Virus record (IMG/VR): IMGVR_UViG_3300033076_000914
Coordinates: 1 to 32,471 of that record
Length of the DNA: 32,471 nt
Reading direction: 5' to 3' (one strand)
From: a virus
Taxonomy: Duplodnaviria; Caudoviricetes
The position numbers and the translations under genes are program-made. Positions 25,966 through 32,471 of this stretch are shown piece by piece (positions within the stretch are counted from its first letter, which is position 1; the number at the start of each line of letters is the position of its first letter). Below the pieces are notes generated by a model that saw only the letters and a program-made list of their open reading frames with translations, searched no databases and was not told the DNA's origin.

Positions 25966-26639
25966 TCACCCCCTACGAGATCGCCAAGGTCGACGGACTT
26001 CGCGGCGACGGCCTCTCCCCGACCATACCGAGCCAGCTCCGCATCGATCGCCTTGAGATCCGCGGCACATTTTGAGACGTTGGCTTTCAGGCTTGGCGAC
26101 GTCGCCACCTTGTCGGCCAGCTCGTCATGTTCGCGCTGGCGCTTGCCTCGGAGGAGCTCAAGGACGTAGGTCTGCGGACGCGGGATCACGTTGCGTTCGA
26201 TCAGCGATCGGCACCACTTCGCGTAACCGAGCTCGTCGACCTCGACGTGAGCCGAGCCCGGGAAAGTGCGCTCCCAGCGGGAGACGAAGATCCCCGGCGC
26301 CGCTTGCTGGATGTAGCTCGTGCCTGGGCCGTCGACGTCAGGCGGGATCACCGTCCAGCCCTGCTCCTCAAGCGCCGCCTGAGCTTCAAGCTTCGAGAAG
26401 CGTCCATCCCGACCGACCTTGATCCGGTTTACGCCGGCTTGGAGCTTCAATGTCCCGAACAGCGGGACAACGTGCCCGTGCATCACCGTCCACCGCTCGG
26501 GATGGTAGGTCAACAGAAAGGGCGGCCGAGGCGTCAGCCTGGGATGGTTCGCCCTCTCCGCCTCGCCGAACTGCGGGAGATAGCCTGTCGATGCTGCGGC
26601 CGGGGTCGGCGCTTCAGCCGGTGCTTTGAGCTTTGCCAT
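25962..26639 (-). CDS. Hypothetical head-module protein
   Basis: ATG 26639 with GAGGAGG SD, downstream of the capsid terminator. Confidence 0.8.
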   Translation of the reverse strand: MAKLKAPAEAPTPAAASTGYLPQFGEAERANHPRLTPRPPFLLTYHPERWTVMHGHVVPLFGTLKLQAGVNRIKVGRDGRFSKLEAQAALEEQGWTVIPPDVDGPGTSYIQQAAPGIFVSRWERTFPGSAHVEVDELGYAKWCRSLIERNVIPRPQTYVLELLRGKRQREHDELADKVATSPSLKANVSKCAADLKAIDAELARYGRGEAVAAKSVDLGDLVGGE

Positions 26640-26667
26640 GAAGTGTCCTCCTCGGACGGCGTAACGC

Positions 26668-26700
26668 AAAAAGAAACGGCCGGCACGAAGCCGACCGTCT
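26668..26700 (-). terminator. Rho-independent terminator after the capsid gene
   Basis: ACGGTCGGC-TTCGT-GCCGGCCGT followed by TTCTTTTT on the minus strand. Confidence 0.85.
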
Positions 26701-26732
26701 CAAGATCCAAGCGGGAGGACACCCGCGCCGGA

Positions 26733-27656
26733 TCAGGCATCCGTTACGATACTGACCCCGGCCGCGTCAATTGCTTTGCTGACACCGAGATAAGCATGCG
26801 AAACGTAGGATGTAAGCCCACTCTTGGCCGAACGGTCACGCTCGAACAGCACCTTGCCGGCGAGGATGGTCTGCATCGGATCGCCCTCATCCGGGATAGA
26901 CGAATCGGCCCAAGCGACCGCGCCGCGGCCGAACATCGCGCCACCGTAGTCCGCGCCCGCGTTCTTGGTGGGAACGTAGGAGGAGACGAACAGGTCGACG
27001 CCGAGGAACTGGCCGCGGTAGCCAGAGCCGAGGAGCTGGATCTGCTCGGCCGAAGCCGGGAGCCACTGGATTGCACCGCCCGAGGTCGCCGCCAGAGCCG
27101 CCCGAAGGTCGCCCATCTGCTGCGGGTGCAGGATGCTCATGTACGGAGCCATCACCTTCGCGACTTCGAGCGTCTGGATCGCGGCCAGGAAGTTCGCGAT
27201 CGAGAGGTCGGAACCCGAGGTGCCAACGGTCGCGGAGAAGTCGTCGGTCACGTTGCACACGAGAGAGACGAGGGTGTTTGCCGCGGACTGCACCGCGTCG
27301 GCCGCAAAGGACGACACGTTGATCTTGCCGTTCGCCGGGTCGGAAAGACGAGCGAGGTCAGACGCCTCGTAGGCCTTGCTATAACGAGCGACGGTGATCG
27401 TGCAGGAACCATCGGAGAGAGCGGTGTTAGACACCGGGTTTCCATCCGACACGCTGGACAAAAGATCGTACCCCATCAGACCAATTTCAGGAATTTTGAG
27501 GACTGCAGAGCCGCGGCCCTGAGCATCACCCGCGTACAGGAGCGCCGGATGATTCGGAAGCGCGTTGCGATCCGCGAGGAGGAGCAGCATTTCGGCCGAA
27601 AGGGCCTCAGCGGTGCGGAGATCACCGATCCCCGAGTAAATAATTTCGCCAGCCAT
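26733..27656 (-). CDS. Major capsid protein (HK97 fold)
   Basis: 307 aa following the scaffold and followed by a terminator. ILHPQQMGDL, GQFLGVDLFVSS and FERDRS...AYLGV. Confidence 0.85.
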   Translation of the reverse strand: MAGEIIYSGIGDLRTAEALSAEMLLLLADRNALPNHPALLYAGDAQGRGSAVLKIPEIGLMGYDLLSSVSDGNPVSNTALSDGSCTITVARYSKAYEASDLARLSDPANGKINVSSFAADAVQSAANTLVSLVCNVTDDFSATVGTSGSDLSIANFLAAIQTLEVAKVMAPYMSILHPQQMGDLRAALAATSGGAIQWLPASAEQIQLLGSGYRGQFLGVDLFVSSYVPTKNAGADYGGAMFGRGAVAWADSSIPDEGDPMQTILAGKVLFERDRSAKSGLTSYVSHAYLGVSKAIDAAGVSIVTDA

Positions 27657-27704
27657 TGTGATCTCCAAATTGGGGCACAATGCCCCTCGAGTGAACCGTA
27701 CCGA

Positions 27705-28313
27705 CTAGCCCTTGATCGCCTCGCGGATCGCCGGCATCGCCTCGCGCAGCTTGCTGTAGTCCCCGGTACGCTGCGCCTCTTGCCGAAGCGCCCGAATGGA
27801 TGCCGCGTCAAAGTGCGACGAAGCCGACGGGGGCGGGAGCGCCCCAGCGTTCGCGTTGGGGAGCGGTTTCGCCGACTGAGCACCGGGCGGGTTCCCGGTC
27901 GATGGGGCAGTGGGGACGGGGGCCGGCGCCGGCGAGCTCGCCGAAAGGTACGCGGCCAGCGCCCTGGGAGCTGTCGACGGGTCGGCCTTGAGACCGGAGA
28001 GCCAGTCGCCGAGCGCCGGTCGATCCTTTTCGGGGAGCTTGCCCCAGAACAGCCGCGCCACCTCGATCCCTTCGGGGTCGGTAACGCCCGCTTGCCATGC
28101 GGCCCGCTCGACTTGCAGCTCTTCGAGTTGCTTCGCGAGTCGCTCGGCCTTGCTTGCCGAGGCTCGCAACCCTTCGAGCTGCGCCTCCAGCTCGGCGATC
28201 CGTTTTGCCTCGGCCTTCGCTTCGGCCTTGTCGGCTACGGGTGCGGGTGTCGGAGCCGGAACGGGTGCGGGTGCGGCCGGCGCTGGAGCCTGCGTCTCGA
28301 TCGGTTGATCCAA
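27705..28313 (-). CDS. Capsid scaffolding protein
   Basis: TTG start with AGGAGG SD. Pro/Ala-rich ends and a coiled coil; lies between portal and capsid. Confidence 0.78.
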   Translation of the reverse strand: MDQPIETQAPAPAAPAPVPAPTPAPVADKAEAKAEAKRIAELEAQLEGLRASASKAERLAKQLEELQVERAAWQAGVTDPEGIEVARLFWGKLPEKDRPALGDWLSGLKADPSTAPRALAAYLSASSPAPAPVPTAPSTGNPPGAQSAKPLPNANAGALPPPSASSHFDAASIRALRQEAQRTGDYSKLREAMPAIREAIKG

Positions 28314-28322
28314 GTGTCCTCC

Positions 28323-29774
28323 TTATACAGGTCGATACCGCGCATTAATCGCAGCGATCTGAGCTAACGCTTCTTCGGCGTCTGCGCGACTCAAGCCCGG
28401 GTGAAGCTGACGGTAAGCTTCCACGCGATCGAGCAGACCGGCTTGAATCAAGCCGAGGATATGCTCGCGTTCGCCCTGGCGCTCCTCCGCCGACGGCGGA
28501 AGGGAGACGTAGGCTACGCGGTAATCCTCTTCGGGAAGAGACGAGCCCGTCACGCGGTTGATCATAGCGGCCGTGATCCCAAGGAGTTCCTCATCAATCG
28601 GCGAGAATACGGGCTCGTACCGACGCTGGCTTTCCCGAGCGGCCTCACGGCTGATCGCCAGTGCGAATCCCGAGCGGGGATCGCCGGCCACGCGCTGTAC
28701 GTCGCTCGGCGAGATCCCCGCGAACGCGGCAAGCCGCCGCTCGTACAGGCTGATCGCCTCTTGCAGCTTCTCTGGGTCGGCGCCGGCATCCCATTGACTG
28801 ATCTGCGGGCTCATGCCCTCATCCGAAGGCTCGAAAAGCAGCACGGTCGCCGGATCGGGGATCACCGACTCGCGGAGGGTCGCCTCCTGGTCGCCATCGA
28901 TCATCGCCGAAGGGACACGAACGCCGACGGCGTATCGCTGCGGCCAGCTCGCCTGGCGGATCACATGCCCGAACATCGACCAGAATACGGAGACGTTGAG
29001 CGAGCCCTCGACGAGCTCCGACGCCTCGTAAGGGTCGAACAGCATGCCCGTCTTTGCCGCATGGTACAACACCAGCGGAAGGAACGGCCGGCCGTCGGAA
29101 TAGCGATACGGGTAAGCCTCGCCGACGTAGCCACCCTCGACGCCCAGGTACTCGGCACTCAGATCCTCGCCCATCGTTTCGCCGGCGGCGACGACGCGGT
29201 AAACCGGCCGATCGAGGTCGGCGACCGACAACACGTCCCAAGTCCACCGCGGCTTGCCGTCCTTGCCCCGGCGGAGCCGCAGCTCGCGAACCTCGACGGG
29301 CTCGTCGGGATGCTCGGGATGCGCGTGCGCCAGCACCATATCGGGCGGGATCGGCCGGTAGTTGACCTCGGCCTTGCCCGGTTCGTCGCGATCTTCGCTG
29401 ACGTCCACGCGAATAAACATCTCGCGCATCCCCAGCGTGTCGCGTTGAACGCGCTGCATCAGCGGCCAGAGCCCCGCGTCGATCACATATTTGGAGAGCT
29501 CGTCAGCCGCGCCGGCTTCTGAATGGTGAACCTGCGGGCGCCGATCATACAGGACGGCCATGCTCGTCATTGACGAGCGGAACACGTTCGAGCTGAGGTC
29601 GGGGATACCCCACGCCTCTCGCCGCACCGCGCCGATCGCGAGTGCGATCCGCCGATCGAGATCCTCGCGCCACGCCCCGTACAGCATCCGTCGACGTAGC
29701 CGGGTGTGTTCCCAACGAGCGGCCTCGGCGGGGTCGTGGGGCATCGGCGGGATCGGGGTCGTATAGTCGCGCAT
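28323..29774 (-). CDS. Portal protein (SPP1 gp6-like)
   Basis: 483 aa from ATG 29774 directly after terL. SWPQRYAVG and SGFALAI motifs. Confidence 0.82.
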   Translation of the reverse strand: MRDYTTPIPPMPHDPAEAARWEHTRLRRRMLYGAWREDLDRRIALAIGAVRREAWGIPDLSSNVFRSSMTSMAVLYDRRPQVHHSEAGAADELSKYVIDAGLWPLMQRVQRDTLGMREMFIRVDVSEDRDEPGKAEVNYRPIPPDMVLAHAHPEHPDEPVEVRELRLRRGKDGKPRWTWDVLSVADLDRPVYRVVAAGETMGEDLSAEYLGVEGGYVGEAYPYRYSDGRPFLPLVLYHAAKTGMLFDPYEASELVEGSLNVSVFWSMFGHVIRQASWPQRYAVGVRVPSAMIDGDQEATLRESVIPDPATVLLFEPSDEGMSPQISQWDAGADPEKLQEAISLYERRLAAFAGISPSDVQRVAGDPRSGFALAISREAARESQRRYEPVFSPIDEELLGITAAMINRVTGSSLPEEDYRVAYVSLPPSAEERQGEREHILGLIQAGLLDRVEAYRQLHPGLSRADAEEALAQIAAINARYRPV

Positions 29775-29788
29775 GGGGAGCCTCTGGC

Positions 29789-31252
29789 CTAGTATATGCG
29801 GATCGGCGTCGAAACGCCCACTCGGGCGCCGCGCCAGATCCACTTGTCGAGACCGTACCGCAGGGCGTCGACAGGATCTTTGTTTTCGTCGTCGCGGTCG
29901 GGATGGTAGCGATCGAGCGCCTCGATCAACCGCTTGCATCGCGGGTGTACGCCAAAGTGACCCTCGCGCAACATCACCTGGTACAGCCAGCGACTCGCTG
30001 CCTTGACCGCGCCTCGAACGTTCGCCCGCCCCTGCTTGACCGTGCGGATCTGCGGGTGCAAGGCGTCGGCGGGAACCCCAAGCTTGCGGCCGAGCTGCAC
30101 CGCCAGATCCTTGTTTGACTTCTGCCGGCCCGTGCCCCGCATATGCACGATGTCGCCGCCGGCACAGTCGAGATCTTTCCATCGCGCCCCGTGCCGCGTC
30201 AACATCGCGAGGATCCCGGCCGCGTCGTCCTCGGGTGTCGCCGAGCCGTCCCGGTCGCAATACTCATCGACAACGTAGATCCTTGGATGCTCGCCGCGAT
30301 CCTCGATCGCCAGTAGCAATGCGATCTGCTTGCCCGGGGAGGAGCCATGGTCGATCCCGAGCGCGAGCTTCACGTCGCCGGTCGGCTGGCGCGTGTGAAC
30401 GTGCGCCCCTTCGCCGCTCGATCGGAAGCGGTCGAACCAGCGACCGAGAACGCGAACCTCCCACTCACCATGGACGCGAACCGGAATTTCGTGCGTCGGC
30501 GTCTGGCGGGTGACCTCGGCGATCCACGCATCATCACAGAGCACGCCCCCGAGGCGGCGAGGGTGCACCCATCCCCGCGGGGTCAGCGCCTCGACGGTCA
30601 GCTCGGAGTGTATGTCTTCGAGCTTGCCCTCCTCGACGGCTTGTTTGAGCCAGTCGGTCGGCGCACCGATCGGCGTTAAGGCGATCGAGACCCATCCGTC
30701 GGTCGCGAGGACACGTTTCGTCACCTCGGCGTACACTTCCTCGGAGCTCGGCGGCTCGTCGAACAGGGCGCCGTGGATCGTCGCGCCGGCGAGGTTGAGT
30801 GTACCCTGTTGAGTCGTGCGGAAGCGGATAATCGAAAAGCCGCCGGCCCGGTGCTTGACCTCGACGGCGGGATTCTTGCCCCGGAAGCCGCGGGAGTTCG
30901 TGAAGATCGTATCCGGCGCGAGCGCCTCTTTCGGGAGGAGCTCGTACAGCTTGCATTGAATCGCCACCGACTGCGACCAGGAGGCACAGATTACCCAGTA
31001 CTCCCCGGGCGTCGGGCAAGCCCGGTGGGGGTGCGTGCCGAGCGCGTGCCAGGCGAGGTCAGCCAGCGCCGCCGTCGTCTTGCCCAAGGCTTGGTTCCCC
31101 GCTCGAAGGCAACGGAACTTCGATCGGCTGCGGAGGTATCGCTCCTGCAACGGAAGGAACGGGATCCAGTCGAGCGGCCGAGCCTCGGCGCGACTGGCTG
31201 CGGCACGCCCGGCGAGCACTACGCGAGCAAGCGGACGATCACATACAATCAC
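29789..31252 (-). CDS. terL: Terminase large subunit
   Basis: AGNQALGKT (Walker A), ALFDEPP (Walker B), LTP coupling motif, nuclease LGIDHG and KDPVDALRYG. Confidence 0.95.
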   Translation of the reverse strand: MIVCDRPLARVVLAGRAAASRAEARPLDWIPFLPLQERYLRSRSKFRCLRAGNQALGKTTAALADLAWHALGTHPHRACPTPGEYWVICASWSQSVAIQCKLYELLPKEALAPDTIFTNSRGFRGKNPAVEVKHRAGGFSIIRFRTTQQGTLNLAGATIHGALFDEPPSSEEVYAEVTKRVLATDGWVSIALTPIGAPTDWLKQAVEEGKLEDIHSELTVEALTPRGWVHPRRLGGVLCDDAWIAEVTRQTPTHEIPVRVHGEWEVRVLGRWFDRFRSSGEGAHVHTRQPTGDVKLALGIDHGSSPGKQIALLLAIEDRGEHPRIYVVDEYCDRDGSATPEDDAAGILAMLTRHGARWKDLDCAGGDIVHMRGTGRQKSNKDLAVQLGRKLGVPADALHPQIRTVKQGRANVRGAVKAASRWLYQVMLREGHFGVHPRCKRLIEALDRYHPDRDDENKDPVDALRYGLDKWIWRGARVGVSTPIRIY

Positions 31253-32036
31253 GAAAGCACTCTATGAACGCCTGCGCGACTTGGGGAACGATTGCGTTGC
31301 CGTAACCGCGCAGTCGTCCCATCCTGTTGGGTACCCCATCAACCAGCGGGACAAGGCCGGATTCAACTTGCCGCCAGAGTTGGTCTTTGCATCCGATCCA
31401 GTCAGTATTTGTCCATCCGCCGTGAGTCGCGTCGGCTCCACGATCTGAGCTGCCAGATCCAATCGATTGATACACAGTCTGCCATCCACTATTCTGCCGC
31501 CCTCGTAGCCACCTTTGTGACACGTCGCTGTCGGAGTGGGCCAGCCCGCCCCAATACAATCGCTGGCGGATATGCGGCGCACCGACGCCCGCAGCGCACA
31601 AATCGGCGGCCCCGACTGCATATCCCATTGCTTCCAAGTCAATGCGTACACTGGCGAGCCAATCCCTTCCAGCCGTTGAAGCAACCTGCTCGCCAAAGAC
31701 GACTGGAGGTCGACATGCGCGGATAAGTCGGGCGAACTCAGGCCAGAGGTGGCGCTCATCGTCGGTGCCTTTGTGCTTACCTGCGATAGAGAATGGCTGG
31801 CATGGACATGATCCTGTCCACACGGGCTCATCATCTGACCATCCGGCAAGCCGCAGGGCATAAGACCATCCGCCGATTCCGGCGAAGAAGTGACACTGAG
31901 TGAATCCCATAAGGTCAACTGGCCGTACATCGACGATACTCCGTTCATCGACCACACCAGGCGCGATCAAATCACGCTCGATCAGAGCACGAAGCCACGC
32001 AGCCGCCTTTGGATCGATCTCGTTGTAATAGTTCAA
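31239..32036 (-). CDS. C5 cytosine DNA methyltransferase, alpha subunit
   Basis: FFAGIGG, GSCPCQPFS, FGEQV, RQRLY and GYGNAIVPQVA. TTG start overlaps the terS stop. Confidence 0.93.
   Translation of the reverse strand: MNYYNEIDPKAAAWLRALIERDLIAPGVVDERSIVDVRPVDLMGFTQCHFFAGIGGWSYALRLAGWSDDEPVWTGSCPCQPFSIAGKHKGTDDERHLWPEFARLIRACRPPVVFGEQVASTAGRDWLASVRIDLEAMGYAVGAADLCAAGVGAPHIRQRLYWGGLAHSDSDVSQRWLRGRQNSGWQTVYQSIGSGSSDRGADATHGGWTNTDWIGCKDQLWRQVESGLVPLVDGVPNRMGRLRGYGNAIVPQVAQAFIECFRDCM
31262..31930 (-). CDS. Nested alternative-frame MTase beta subunit (M.EcoHK31I-type)
   Basis: Same strand, different frame, fully inside alpha. GGAG precedes ATG 31930. Carries WPTP and the motif-IX-like LNPALSRWLMGYPTGW. 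Confidence 0.8.
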   Translation of the reverse strand: MYGQLTLWDSLSVTSSPESADGLMPCGLPDGQMMSPCGQDHVHASHSLSQVSTKAPTMSATSGLSSPDLSAHVDLQSSLASRLLQRLEGIGSPVYALTWKQWDMQSGPPICALRASVRRISASDCIGAGWPTPTATCHKGGYEGGRIVDGRLCINRLDLAAQIVEPTRLTADGQILTGSDAKTNSGGKLNPALSRWLMGYPTGWDDCAVTATQSFPKSRRRS

Positions 32037-32395
32037 GCGCCGCCACCGACCAGCGATAGCGCCGGCTTGCCCTGCCGGTGGAGCCGAATTGCTTGCTCGA
32101 CTCGTTCAAGCGCGAGCTCGGGAAGGCTAGGCACCATCGCGACGAGCTCCGCGACGAGCTGTTCGTCGGAGAGGTCGACGGTCGGATCGACGGCCGGCGC
32201 GGTCGCGGCCAACGTCGTGTCCAGCGCATCGCGTGTCAGGAGTGCTTGCCGACGGAGACTCGCCACCGCTTGCCACGAGCCCGCGCCCCGCGCCTCTTCG
32301 ATGTCCGCGTCCAGGTCGTCGAGCTGCTGTCGCAGGTAATCGGTGCGGCTTGCGTCGCTTGCTGAACTTATCAGGTTCTTGTTGCGTTTTGCCAT
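32033..32395 (-). CDS. terS: Putative terminase small subunit
   Basis: 120 aa helical protein, first gene of the late arm upstream of terL, with a DLSDEQL motif. Assigned mainly by position. Confidence 0.65.
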   Translation of the reverse strand: MAKRNKNLISSASDASRTDYLRQQLDDLDADIEEARGAGSWQAVASLRRQALLTRDALDTTLAATAPAVDPTVDLSDEQLVAELVAMVPSLPELALERVEQAIRLHRQGKPALSLVGGGA

Positions 32396-32471
32396 GCTTC
32401 ACCGATCATGCGATAACGTAGTTTGCTCCAAAAAAGTTACCAAAAGCGCGCGCGAAGGTCGACAAGGTCAC

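Larger units (their letters stand above)
1..32471. mobile_element. Tailed dsDNA bacteriophage genome (siphovirus-like), apparently complete
   Basis: Contains terminase, portal, capsid, tail tube, tape measure, lysis and replication modules with no host genes. Minus-strand transcription runs continuously across the ends (89..337 into terS). No sheath gene was seen. Confidence 0.95.

Noticed and set aside
26127-28367. 746-aa plus-strand ORF, and similar long ORFs such as 12546..14486, 16594..17685 and 28401..29522
   Set aside because: These are antisense shadows of real high-GC genes. They are Arg-rich with no motifs or SD.
29775-30260. 162-aa N-terminal extension of the portal ORF
   Set aside because: It overlaps terL in another frame and is low-complexity Arg-rich. 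ATG 29774 just after the terL stop is more plausible.
1-32471. Prophage with AAGGTCAC as att core, or a phage-plasmid
   Set aside because: No integrase, ParA/ParB or flanking host genes were recognised, and the repeat lies next to terS rather than an integration module.
1-32471. Apparent abundance of CGATCG/TCGA words as a methylation target or host signature
   Set aside because: I cannot quantify it by eye, and ATC/GAC/GAG/TCG codon usage may explain it. It needs a Markov-corrected k-mer count.
1-32471. Stop-codon reassignment or tRNA genes
   Set aside because: Genes tile densely under the standard code using all three stops, and no cloverleaf was seen in the intergenic gaps.

Overview
This looks like a complete or nearly complete, about 32.5 kb, high-GC tailed dsDNA phage genome of siphovirus type. 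It is opened just upstream of terS, with the 8-mer AAGGTCAC at both ends. Almost all genes lie on the minus strand. Read circularly from a divergent control region at about 6050-6150, the early leftward arm encodes an RHH regulator, a DUF6884/YaaA-like protein, an AEP-type primase with a Zn finger, a VirE/VapE helicase, a repeat-rich putative origin, a RuvC-like resolvase and a sigma-70-like factor. The late arm encodes terS, a C5 DNA methyltransferase with a nested alternative-frame second subunit, terL, portal, scaffold, capsid, head-tail, tail tube, a G/GT chaperone with a -1 frameshift, tape measure and tail proteins. It ends with a 1299-aa repeat fibre and a multi-membrane-protein lysis cassette with an M15 peptidase. 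A short plus-strand operon encodes Erf, a DnaQ-like exonuclease and SSB. I see no integrase, partition, tRNA or CRISPR features. The most notable observations are a recurrent intergenic TCGGTAGGGT element coupled to leader hairpins, the split and motif-permuted MTase, a possible capsid-anchored fibre module and a paralogous membrane-protein pair in the lysis cassette. All family assignments come from motif recognition by eye, not database searches.
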